A stretch of 64,000 nucleotides of DNA from contig OX597834.1 in the NCBI GenBank assembly GCA_951406725.2, positions 35,278,001-35,342,000 of the forward strand. The letters are read 5' to 3'. This stretch comes from Octopus vulgaris. Its lineage: Eukaryota. Made by a program: the position numbers and the translations under genes. Below the pieces are notes generated by a model. It searched no databases. It was not told the DNA's origin and saw only the letters and a list, made by a program, of their open reading frames with translations. Below are positions 13,621 through 25,560 of the stretch, piece after piece (position 1 is the stretch's first letter; every line of letters starts with the position of its first letter).

Positions 13621-14292
13621 TCAAATGAGCTAATGAAGGATTGGCAACGGGAAGGGCATCCAGCCATGGAAAAAAAATCTCTGTAAACTCCATCCAATCC
13701 ATGGAAGAGTGGGTGTTAAAACAACGATCTGATTACTACAGCACTGTTTAATAAGTCTGCTCTATGGAACACCTCCAATGAAAAGATATGAATGTGAAAC
13801 GCTTGGCTGTTGGCAGTGGTGTGATAGAGGCCTGCGAGGAAGAAGAGATGTTTCACCTGTGATGGAGGCTGTTTGAAAGAATTCTGTAAGCTTGCCAACT
13901 TAAGAATACTTAAAGCTACTCTGCTGCTGAAGAATGTTCCTTCTGGAAAATAACGATGGGGTGAGGTGGTGGAAGCATCTTCCAGAAACAGCTGATGTTG
14001 CTATCTACACACGCACATGTTTATGTATGTATATGAAAGAATTCATAAATGTATACACACACACACAGAGAAGAGGCAGAAGAAACAGTAAGCTACGTTC
14101 ATACACGTTTTATATATAATACATATGATACATCAGGAGTGGCTGTGTGGTAAGTAGCTTGCTTACCAACCACACGGTTCCGGGTTCAGTCCCACTGCGT
14201 GGCATCTTGGGCAAGTGTCTTCTGCTATAGCCCCGGGCCGACCAATGCCTTGTGAGTGGATTTGGTAGACGAAAACTGAAATAAGCCTGTCG

Positions 14293-14325
<33 letters not shown>

Positions 14326-15808
14326 TTGTCCCCCCTAGCATTGCTTGACAACTGATGATGGTGTGTTTACGTTCCCGTCACTTAGCGGTTCGGCAAAGGA
14401 GACCAATAGAATAAGTACTGGGCTTACAAAGAATAAGTCCTGGGGTCGATTTGCTCGACTAAAGGCGGTGCTCCAGCATGGCCGCAGTCAAATGACTAAA
14501 ACAAGTAAAAAATACACACACACATACAATATGTTAATCATCTATAATATATAATGTAATATATATGAAGGGTTGCTGTTAAGTTCCCGGCTTTATGGGT
14601 ATTGCAAAAGGCTTGGTTGGGGGTCCTGACTTCATTTATAGGGCTTAGAAATTCAGAAGGACCACTGCAATAAGTGTGTGAATCTGAGAAGGGAATATGT
14701 TGAATAAAATCATAATTAACCGATTCTCCTGTATTTCTTTTACTCAAAGCCAGGAACTTTTCAGTACACCTGTATATATATATATATCATCATCATCATC
14801 GTTTAACGTCCGTTTTCCATGCTCGCACGGGTTGGACGGTTCGACCAGGGTCTGGGAAGCCAGGAGGCTGCATCAGGCTCCAGTCTGATCTGGCAGTGTT
14901 TCTACAGCTGGATGCCCTTCCTAACGCCAACCACTCTGTGAGTATAGTGGGTGCTTTTTACGTGCTACTGGCACAGGTGCCAGGGGAGTCTGGCAGCGGT
15001 CACGATCGGTTGGTGCTTTTAACATGCCACCGGCATGGGTATATATATACAAATTGGAGGAGGAGACCCCTTTGGTCATGAATGTCCATGGGATTGCACT
15101 TAGAAAGTTACCTTCTGAGACATAAGTCCGGGCAAGGTTGTTTATGGAAGACCAGTAGTTGCCCATGCATACCAGCCTCCCCTCTCCACACCACTGATGT
15201 TATCCAAGGGAAAGGCAAAGGACGATACAGCTTGGCACCAATGAAGTTGCATATATATATATATATATATCATCATCATCATTTTCAAGTTTTTGTCCCA
15301 TGCAACAAAAATGTGTATCAAAAAAGTTATAATATAAGGCAAAAAATTGGATTTAAGTATAATTACCTTTAAAAACAAACCATATTTTAATTAAGCTTAA
15401 ATGATAGAGCTCAATTCGAGGAATTTCATGGTATCAATCTTATGCAATGAAGTTTTAAAAGACAAAGTGTTTGTTTCTCAAATTTGAGGGTGATAATATA
15501 GTTCTATACTTTTTTTATGGATATAGTTCTATAAGGGGACTTTAATATATGTCACTAGCATCATTGAGGTAACGAAAAAATTATTAACGACACACTACTA
15601 ATTGACACATTATTAATTAGCATAAATAGCATAGCCTGGAAAAACATTGACTACATGGAAAAACGCAAGCAAGAGAAATAATATTCTTAAGATTATAAAC
15701 CTGGAAAAGTACAGGACAAGTTATTACACTTGGAAAAGTTCTGGAAAAATTATTACATCTGGTAAAGTACAGTAAGAAAATATTTACTTAAAATATTGCA
15801 GCTAAGCT

Positions 15809-16120
15809 GTTCTATATTTAAGAGATGAGGAATTATTTACATTTGACAGATATTTTCCTCATCTTGCTTGTTGTTAACACAGTTTCAGCTGATATGGCAT
15901 AGTGGTTAAGAGCGCAGGCTAGTAACCCCAAGATTCCAAGTCCGATTCCAGACAGTGACCTGAAAAATAACAATAATAACAACATCGAAAAATACATTAG
16001 GAATGAGAACCCAGGTTCGAAATTTCTCCAAGACACCTGATGAAGGCTGGAGGGTATATCAGCCGAAATGTTAACAACAAACAAAATGAGGACAAATATC
16101 TGTCAACTGTAAATAATGTA
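15809..16120 (+). mobile_element. Composite tRNA-head plus HHR-tail element with a 5' inverted copy of its tail
   Basis: A-box TGGCATAGTGG and B-box-like GTCCGATTCC, then an (AAT/AAC)n spacer, then GACAC-CTGATGA-AGGCTG..CAGCC-GAAA. 15809-15895 is the reverse complement of the tail. Confidence 0.65.
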
Positions 16121-16734
16121 TTACAGCTAAGGATAAAATTTGAATATTAAAAAATTATTTGATTTTAATTTGCTAAGTAACATATTGATTAAAAAAGGTA
16201 CCATCATTTTGTTAAAATATTGACACACTAGAATACTTAAAAAATGAGAGCCAGAAGTACCAATATAGCTTAAAGTCGTTCTGGGTTCATTCCCACTGTG
16301 TAGCACCTTGGGCAAGTGTCTTCTACTATAGCCTCAGGCCTACCAAAGCCTTGTGAATGGATTTGGTAGACGGAAACTGAAAGAAGCCTGTCGTATATAT
16401 ATATATATATATATATAGGTATGTTTCTGTGTCAGTGTTTGTCCCCCCCACCATTGCTTGGCAGCCGATGTTAGTGTGTTTACATCCCTGTATCTTAGTA
16501 GTTCGGCAAAAGAAACTGATAGAATAAGTACTAGACTTACAAAGAATAAGTCCTGAGGTCGATTTGTTCGACGAAAGGTTGTGCTCCAGCATGGCTGCAG
16601 TCAAATGACTGAAACAAATAAAAGAGTAAATATATATATATATTAACAAACTGAGGAAAAGAAATTTTTGGATTGTCAATAGAATATCTCTATATTTAAT
16701 TTATCTTTATATATATAAAGATATATATATATAT

Positions 16735-16780
<46 letters not shown>

Positions 16781-16950
16781 GTAAATTAATATGTTACCAT
16801 TATTCAATAGCCAAGATAAAACTCTGAGTTTCGGATGCCGAAGAGGAAATCCACAACACCATCTCTTCGGCCATCTTAATTTATAGATAAATTCCTCTAT
16901 TTACATAATATTGAGGTCTCTTTCTTTCTTTTGTTATCTTACCATTTTTA

Positions 16951-16997
<47 letters not shown>

Positions 16998-16998
16998 A

Positions 16999-19766
16999 AA
17001 CGATTAATTTAATTTTAATTATCAAGTTTTGAGAAATTAACGATTAGTTGGATTAATTAATAGTTAATTTCGATGAAAACACAAAAATGTCTGCCGTTGC
17101 ATTTATTGACAAATTTATGATGTTTCAATTAAAATTCAGTCTAAAACAAGAAATGGCGTTTTCTTACTCAAATGTTGTTGGATAAACCAGTCAAGCAACC
17201 ACACACAAGCAGTGTTAACAGCATTTGGTTTCAGTGATGAGCGCTTCTTGTTAACAATGTAACCCAGCAGAGCTAAATAATCGTGAACAAGGAACCGAAG
17301 TAGCTGGGATGCACAGAACAGTCTTGGCCAAAAAAAAAATGCCAATTTCGGATATCAACTTAATACGCTTTTCATTTAGTTCGCAAATAGTTTGACTGAC
17401 ATTGTCACTATCATATTGTGCAGCTATTTTGCTGTCCAATAAGTAACCATTTTTCTTTCTTTCTTTGGAATCGTCGGCGATCTTTCGTCTCTAGTAGACC
17501 TTTCCGTCGATTTCCGTAAAAAAATTTTTTTTTTTTACATATGGGCTTGCGGGAACTTTTGAAGTAATATACATACATATACACATACACCGAGTAAAAA
17601 ATTTCATTTATCTCTTTCTTTCACACATTACTCTGTCTCTTCACACATACTAACAGAAGCACGTCACTTACACAACATACTGTCTGTCTCTCACACCCCA
17701 TGAAACAAACACACGCACATACGTACATCAATGCTTCCCATGCACGGTAACTTCAAAAGAATTTCCCTCATCATACAATCGTTTTCTCTTAGTCTCTTTC
17801 GCTCTCATTACTTCAAAAGTTCCCGCAAGCCCATATGTAAAAAAAAAATTTTTTTTACGGAAATCGACGGAAAGGTCTACTAGAGACGAAAGATTGCCGA
17901 ATCGTCTGATAAACACTCCATGTTTTTATATGGTGGATCAGGGGCTGTTGCGATCTGTAATATTTCAATATAATGCTTTTCATGCCAGCTAAACATTTGC
18001 TGAAGTCATTAGCAGATGCTGCTTTGAATCTGGCTAAATATAACCTGGATCATCATCATCATTTACAGTCTTGTACTTCGTCAAAGACAATAACAGTGGC
18101 AATACACAGCTACACGACATATTTTTCACCGCCAAGCAGGACCGTAGCCTGACAAAATAAGTCTAAAATGTTGATGCATTTTGAAATCTTTTCGCAATTA
18201 GAATCGAACAATTTTGGACCTTTGTATTGCATCTCTTCGTCTGACATGTTGATGGTTGTTACTGCTCTGGCCTGCAGCAGACACTTCAGGATTAGCAAAG
18301 TACTGTTTCATCTTGTTGGAACATCTTGCTGTAGCTTACGAAATGGTGAATCACTACAATTCTGCAATTCAGTTGTGTGGATAGGGCTATGTTTAAAACG
18401 TCCTGTGATTATTCGACATTTAACAAACAATATTTCTGTATCTATGGCTTTAATTCCATGCAATATGCTCAACTGAGGGCTGTGAGCCAAACACAGAATA
18501 TGAGCAAAACCAGTTTGATTAACAGCTGAAACCAAGTTTCGTGCAATGTCTGTTACTAGAACCTGAATCTTCTTTATGTCCCAGTCTTTTACAAAATGTT
18601 TTATATAACTCAGCAACATCGTTAGAATAGTGACGTTCAAGAATAACACTTAATAAATTCCAGTCAACAGCAATCCAATGGCCGGTGATTCCGCAAAAAA
18701 AAAAAACTTTCATTACCCAGGGATGTTAAAAAATCAGATATTAGCGCAATTGCCTTTGAAATGTTCACTACTTCTTTAACACTTTCTCTTTTGCTGTTAT
18801 AAATGCCAGCCAACATTTTATCAATAGTGCGCTGGCAAGGTAGTTTATATTCGGTATTTTAGGCGGCGAGCTGGCAGAACCGTTAGCGCGCCGGGCGAAA
18901 TACGTAGCCGTATGTCGTCTGGCAATGCGTTCTGAGTTCGAATTCCGCCGAGGTCGACTTTGCCTTTCATCCTTTCGGGGTCGATAAATTAAGTTCCAGT
19001 GAAGCACTGGGGTCGATATAATCGACTTAATCCGTTTGTTTGTCCCCTCTATGTTTAGCCCCTTGTGGGTAATAAAGAAATATATATTCGGTAGTTTGAA
19101 TCCCTGTACGCAATACTTGCTGAAGCCCACCATCTTCTACGATCGATATTAGCCTACCACTATTAGCTGTCTGGTTTGCAAGTGATATTTTAATGTCATA
19201 TTGTTGGGTAGCATTCACCTGACGATCAAACCGACAAAAAAACTGACTCAAATTTAGTCTGCTTGGAGGTAAGATGTCACCGCCGCTCTACACTGACTAA
19301 ACGAAGCCGACATTACGAGCTGAGGTTTTGAATACTGTGACGAGTGTTTGTTTTAAAATGGTCAGTAAGCGATGTGTTAGATCCATGGTATGCGAACGAT
19401 TTGTCGCAATGGATGCAATAAACGTTATCAGCAGTTTTGATATTTTTAGGGATAATCTAGGGCATTATATACACTGGGCGTGATTTAGGTAGGGGGATAC
19501 ATTGGCTGCTATTTTTAGTGTATCGAGCGACCAGGTAGAGGCTCTTTCATTGGTTCGATTGCGTGGGACCCAGAAGTTGTTCGCAAGCCAGTAATTTAAA
19601 TCCAAAATGTTCATGTAATCGACCTGATTATAGGTTTATATTTCATAACTCGATTCTTCTCAGCCGCCATTTTATTGTTGTTACTCTTGCTTCCAGACTT
19701 CCGTCACATTCATTAATGATGGGCGGAAAATTAAATTTGAAACCAATTGATAAAAAATTAATCGTT
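16999..19766 (-). mobile_element. Decayed hAT (ZBED/Ac-like) DNA transposon with nested insertions
   Basis: Frameshifted transposase pieces: CLAHSPQL (CxxH), LQQDVPTR(W), and IPATSVPCSRLFSSAG..KKRSSLKP (dimerisation domain). Inverted ends AACGATTAATTT / AAATTAATCGTT. Contains a SINE and a MITE. Confidence 0.8.
17476..17898. mobile_element. MITE with ~93-bp TIRs and an 8-bp TSD (Merlin-like)
   Basis: GGCGATCTTTCGTCTCTAGTAGACC... / ...GGTCTACTAGAGACGAAAGATTGCC, flanked by the direct repeat GAATCGTC (17468-17475 and 17899-17906). Confidence 0.8.
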
Positions 19767-19785
19767 AAAACAAAAACTTAGGATC

Positions 19786-20183
19786 TTTTCGGTTTGAACG
19801 GCAGTTTTTTAAAATAATTTCCACGTAACTAAACACTTTTAAACTTCGTATACTGGTAGAATGTGTTCATAAAACATATTTTTCTCTTGGCTTTATTGAG
19901 AAAATTCTATAGTTTGTAAGATATTTGTTGTTTTTTTTCTTCAATTTCTGCAATTTCAACCAATCAATGACGTCTCTTGAGGTGAAAACATGTGCCGTAT
20001 GAATATGTCCTTCGTTTAAGAAACAGATTGGGTTTATTTACATTTGTGAAGAAAAAAAGATACCCTTCCCCCAACCCTAACCCTAAAACAGATTGAAATG
20101 CAATAGATCGATACTAGAGTCATAATTATGGGTGACAGTTTCATATGACATCGCTAGAAAAAACTGCCGTTCAAACCGAAAAT
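19786..20183. mobile_element. MITE with 24-bp TIRs
   Basis: TTTTCGGTTTGAACGGCAGTTTTT / AAAAACTGCCGTTCAAACCGAAAA. Confidence 0.7.
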
Positions 20184-20808
20184 TTTTTAAAATAAATACG
20201 TTGAAACTTCGGATACTGGTAGAATGTGTCAAAGAGAACAGGGTTTTTTTTACTCTTGACATTTTTTTACAAAATTTTATATTTTAGAAGTTATTTCGTG
20301 TTAAAGTTGTCATATTTGGGTAATTTTCACCAGTCAATGACATGTATTCAGCCGAAGAAAATTACCGCTGCTCATTGCGAACAACTTCTGGGTCCCACGT
20401 AATCGAACCAATGAAAGAGCCTCTACCAGGTCGCTCGATACACTAAAAATAGCAGCCAATGTATCCCCCTACCTAAATCATGTCCAGTGTACATAATGCC
20501 CTAGATTATCCCTAAAAAGATGGTTTGCTGAAAGCTGGAATGTCTTTGACGATAGGTTTGTTGTATTAGGGTTGATTTGAGGCTAAATGATAACAAAATT
20601 ATGATAAATTTCTATGCTAACACCGGCACGATTTTCACTAAGAGGGAAAATCTTAGACTTTTTGCCTGAAATCAAGTACCCTAACCCCCTAATATGCTGC
20701 AAATCCCTTATTTTGGTTCGGAAAAAAAGGGTGGTTGGGCATGTGATTTAGGTAGGGGGATACGTTGGCTGCTATTTTTAGTGTGTCAAACAGCCAGGTA
20801 GAGACCCT

Positions 20809-21035
20809 TTGAAATTTCCCCAGGACACCTGATGAAGTCTGGAGGGTATATCAGCCGAAACATTGTGTTATCAACAAGATGAGGACAAATACCTGTCAAA
20901 TGTACATAATTCCTCATCTCTTAAATATAGAACTGAAGATGATGTTTATGACAATGATGTTGATGATGATGATGATGGGTGCAAGGTCATGCAAGGACCA
21001 CCATCAAAACGACAATTTAAGGAATTAGGTTCGTC
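20809..21035 (+). repeat. HHR-containing direct repeat, copy 1 (copy 2 at about 21460-21703)
   Basis: GACAC-CTGATGA..CAGCC-GAAACATT-GTGTT, followed by the tail, (GAT)n and GGGTGCAAGGTCATGCAAGGACCACCATCA, repeated 652 bp downstream. Confidence 0.7.
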
Positions 21036-21074
21036 AAAGAAAACAAGTCATCAAATGTTATATTTAATTGAAAT

Positions 21075-21425
21075 TTAATCATCAATGTACTTTTCTTGAT
21101 TATCTATGACTTCCTCCCATCTATCTACAAGCTTTTTAATCCCATCAATGTAAAACTCTTTTGGTTTCAAAGTGAAGAACTCTGAAATGTCAGTTTCGAC
21201 CTCCTCCTGGCTTGCAAAAGTTATGTCCCCCAAATGATTCTGTAAACTATGAAACAAATGGTAGTCTGAAGGAGCAAGGTCTGAAGAATAAGTTGGATGA
21301 GGAATTTTTTCCCCACCAAGCTCTTCGATCTTCTGTGATGTGATCTTTGCAGTGTGGGGTCGAGCATCGTCCTGATGAAACATCACTCCTTTTCGATTCA
21401 CTAAAGCAGGTCTTTTTTCTTCAAA
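21075..21425 (-). pseudogene. mariner (D,D34D) transposase C-terminal fragment
   Basis: FHQDDARPH...PHPTYSSDLAPSDYHLFHSLQNHL motifs. Confidence 0.85.
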
Positions 21426-22020
21426 GCTTGGTTCAAACGCTTGGAAATGAGAAGCAAAGTTTGAAATTTCCCCAGGACACCTGATGAAGGCTGGAGGGTA
21501 TATCAGCCAAAACATTGTGTTATCAACAAACAAGATGAGGACAAATATCCATCAAATGTAAATAATGTACATAATTCCTCATCTCTTGAATATAGAACTG
21601 AAGATGATGATGTTTATGACAATGATGTTGATGATGATGATGATGGGTGCAAGGTCATGCAAGGACCACCATCACAGTGACAATTTAAGGAATTCGGTTC
21701 GTCAGTTATATCGACTACCACTTTGTTCTAGCAACACCGAAAGGATGAAAGACAAGAGATGATATCAACCCGGTTTAGAGTGAGAACAGGAAAAAACTGA
21801 AAGAAAGGTGTTTTGGCAAAGAGGCATTTTGTCTGATGCTAAAGTAACGATGAAAAAAAAAAAAAAAAATCAAACTAAAAGGCAAGATCAAATTTTAATT
21901 AAAGGTAAATGCCAATCAGAAGTAAAAAAGAAAAACACAATGCTTCATATAGTGGAAAATGTAATTTAATATTCTATTATATTTTACCGTTTCATGAATT
22001 TTCTCTATTTATAATGTTAT

Positions 22021-22029
22021 TTGTTAGTA

Positions 22030-22061
<32 letters not shown>

Positions 22062-22237
22062 CAATAATAATAATAATAATAATAATAATGATAATAATAA
22101 TAATAATAACAATAATAATAATAATAATAATAATAACAATAATAATAACAATAATAATAATAATAATAATGATAATAATAATAATAATAAAAATAATAAC
22201 GATAATAATAATAATAATAATAACAAAAATAATAACG

Positions 22238-22272
<35 letters not shown>

Positions 22273-22312
22273 GATAACAAAAATAATAATAATAATAATT
22301 ATATTATAATAA
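22021..22312. repeat. (AAT)n microsatellite in the STK33 3' UTR
   Basis: About 290 bp of AAT/AAC/GAT triplets, starting about 20 nt after the stop codon on the - strand. Confidence 0.95.
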
Positions 22313-22331
22313 TAGAAATTTTGCGTTGCGT

Positions 22332-22532
22332 TTAATCCTTCTTCTTTGACATCTTTCTGCCCGAAGAAGACGATCCAAAACTTTCTGAATCCTGCACAAA
22401 AGCTGAGAGTTTAGGTTGTGTTGAGATTCTCCTGAGTCGGTATTCTGGCGGTGAATTGGTGAGGGATGTCTTTAGCACTGTGCTCGTGATCTGTCCATCT
22501 TTGGAACCATTAGATTTCACGTCCTCTGTTTC
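22332..22532 (-). CDS. STK33: STK33-like kinase, terminal exon 10
   Basis: TTTGCAG|ETEDVKSNGSKDGQ...SGRKMSKKKD-TAA. A T-rich tract precedes the acceptor and the frame continues from exon 9. Confidence 0.78.
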   Translation of the reverse strand, partial: ETEDVKSNGSKDGQITSTVLKTSLTNSPPEYRLRRISTQPKLSAFVQDSESFGSSSSGRKMSKKKD

Positions 22533-23071
22533 CTGCAAATTATTAATAATCAGAAAAAAAAAAAAAAAACATTTGTTTATTTAGTTTTTTTTTCAGGTTT
22601 TTTTTTTTTTGCAGCCACATGAAGATGTTATCCTCTTGAAGAGGATGCTGCATTCAAGGAGCGGGTGGTGGCGGTTTCACACTTAACATCACAACCACTA
22701 CAACAATCATCGCTACCACATCCCACCACCACTTTATGAGCATTACAAAATATTTTTTTAGTGTTAAAGTACCATAATAGAAAACGTGAAAACCAGACCA
22801 CGTTTTAACTTTATTCAATTGCTATATCATTCTATACACATTCACATAAATTCAGCATATAAATATATATATATATGTATGTATATATATATTATATATA
22901 TATGTATGTATATATATATTATATATATATATATGTATGTATATATATATTATATATATATATATATATATAAAGTTAATCCAAACAAGAAAGCACAAAA
23001 AACACAACAACGCGAGGACATGGAACAAATATATTATTATTGGACGCTCAGGAAAGACAGAAAGAAGGAGG

Positions 23072-23106
23072 GTTTAACGTTTCGAGCGGAGCTCTTCGTC
23101 GGAAAC
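23072..23106 (-). ncRNA. Minimal hammerhead-like motif (U4C variant) in a ~200-bp element between TA tracts
   Basis: The - strand reads GTTT-CCGACGA-A-GAGC tcc GCTC-GAAACGTT-AAAC. Confidence 0.5.
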
Positions 23107-23192
23107 ATAGGAGAAGGAAAGATCCAGAGAAGGGAAGACAGAGAGAAAAAATCGCCAATGGTACACACGCGGTCATATATATATATATATAT

Positions 23193-23663
23193 ATGAAAAA
23201 ACAAGTCAAAAATAGAAAATGCTAAGATGATTTTATAGTGTATCTTTCAGTACCGGTTTCGGTCATTTTAAGACCTTTTCAACTGTAACGATTAAATAAT
23301 TAAATTTAGAAAAATTAGAAGAAAAGTTTTTTTAAAAGAATATTTCTGTAGTAGTGTTCAGATATAAGTAGCATTCTGCCTTTCTCTGACTCCCTTGTTT
23401 ACACTTGTGTGTTCGAGGTTGTTTTTTGTAAAAATGACCTCGAACACACAAGTGCAAACAAGGGAGTCAGAGAAAGGCAGAATGCTACTTATATCTGAAC
23501 ACTACTACAGAAATATTCTTTTAAAAAAACTTTTCTTCTAATTTTTCTAAATTTAATTATTTAATCGTTACAGTTGAAAAGGTCTTAAAATGACCGAAAC
23601 CGGTACTGAAAGATTCACTATAAAATCATCTTAGCATTTTCTATTTTTGACTTGTTTTTTCAT
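23193..23663. mobile_element. Near-perfect 471-bp palindrome (Penelope-like end) in a TA tract within the last STK33 intron
   Basis: Arms of about 225 bp with only a few mismatches, loop at about 23420-23435, flanked by (TA)n. Confidence 0.75.
23571..23608 (+). ncRNA. Minimal hammerhead ribozyme motif with a U3-A8 core variant
   Basis: CAG-TTGAAAA-GGTC ttaaaat GACC-GAAA-CCGG-TA-CTG. An identical mirror copy lies on the - strand at 23248-23285. Confidence 0.6.
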
Positions 23664-24775
23664 ATATATCAACTCGTGTGTTCCTTTCCACCCTTATACA
23701 TATAATATATATATACATATATATATATATGTATGTACGTATGTATTTATGTGTCCGTCTTTGTTCCCCCCCTACCACCATCATTTGACAACCGATGTTG
23801 GTGTGTTTATGTCCCCATAACTCAGTGGCAAAAGACACTGATAGAATGAGTACTAGGCTTACAAATAAGAAGTCCTGGGGTTGATTTGTTTGGCTAAAGG
23901 TGGTGCTCCAACATGGCCACAGTCATATGATTGAAACAATTAAGAGAATGAAAGAATTATCCTAATCCTCAACACCAAAACCAACACCACCATAGCAGGA
24001 CTTTGGTCAGCAAATCCACCATGGTTGAATGTCAACAGAAAGCATCTTTGCTACTATCACATCACCACCAACACCAGCACTAGCACCACCACAGCTACCA
24101 CTACCACTACTAATGCCCACCTACCAACACCCACCCACCACTGCCACCACTCACCAGCACTGCCCACAATTGTCACCACCACCACCACCCCCACCTCCAC
24201 CATCACTACAGCTACCACCACCACCACCACCACCCACCATCGCTGCCACTGCCACTGCTACCTCTGCCACTATCACCACACCACTACCACTGCTACTGCC
24301 ACCATCGCTACTACAATCACCATCACCATCACCATCACCATCACCAACACCACCATCTGCACCATACAACCACTTATATCCTCATTACCACTACAGCACC
24401 ATCAGTCACTGTAACTGACCACCATACTGTTACTGCCCCCCCACCTCCAGCCATCATGTCACTCATACCACTACCATCACAGTCCTCACACTCCAAACAC
24501 AGTAATTAAGAGTAAAAGTCTACCAGCCGATCCACCCAGACACCCATAGCAACCCAAACAGTTGACCTCTTGCCAATTAAGTCACTCATTTGACCATCAA
24601 ACACCCACCATCTGTTGATCTAGTCACCTCCACCAAACAAACCACAAAACTACCCACTTAGCTACCAAGCCACCCTTTCACCCTTAAATTTCACCCACTA
24701 AATGACCAAGCTATTTCGCTACAAACTCACCCTTTAATCACCCCGCTTACCCACCCACTCATGGACGAAGCTTCC

Positions 24776-25527
24776 AAGTTACCCATTCATCCATTTCCAA
24801 GGTACCCAGCCATCCACCCACCAAAGTACCAATCCACCAAGCAACCAACCAATCCACTCAACAAGTTACCCACCCAACCACCAATTAGCCCCTTCAATCT
24901 CCCACACCCACCCCGCTAAAGCTACTAAGTTACCCATACATCCACTTCCAATGTACCCAGCCATCCACCCACCAAAGTACCAATCCACCAAGCAACCAAC
25001 CAATCCACTCAACAAGTTACCCACCCAACCACCAATTAGCCCCTTCAATCTCCCACACCCACCCCGCTAAAGCTACTAAGTTACCCATACATCCACTTCC
25101 AATGTACCCAGCCATCCACCCACCAAAGTACCAATCCACCAAGCAACCAACCAATCCACTCAACAAGTTACCCACCCAACCACCAATTAGCCCCTTCAAT
25201 CTCCCACACCCACCCCGCTAAAGCTACTAAGTTACCCATACATCCACTTCCAATGTACCCAGCCATCCACCCACCAAAGTACCAATCCACCAAGCAACCA
25301 ACCAATCCACTCAACAAGTTACCCACCCAACCACCAATTAGCCCCTTCAATCTCCCACACCCACCCCGCTAAAGCTACTAAGTTACCCATACATCCACTT
25401 CCAATGTACCCAGCCATCCACCCACCAAAGTACCAATCCACCAAGCAACCAACCAATCCACTCAACAAGTTACCCACCCAACCACCAATTAACCCCTTCA
25501 ATCCCACCCCACCCCCACCCCGCTAAC
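24776..25527. repeat. 151-bp minisatellite, about 5 copies, inner copies identical
   Basis: Exact 151-bp periodicity, also visible as identical ORFs at 24866, 25017 and 25168. Confidence 0.95.
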
Positions 25528-25560
25528 TGACCAAACGGTGATCTTGAGGTAGATGCTTAC

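Noticed and set aside
20072-20086. Telomere-like CCCTAACCCTAA
   Set aside because: Only two units, internal to a MITE.
24866-25507. Four repeated 60-aa Gly/Trp-rich ORFs
   Set aside because: They are translations of the 151-bp minisatellite, use non-ATG starts and show no splice support.
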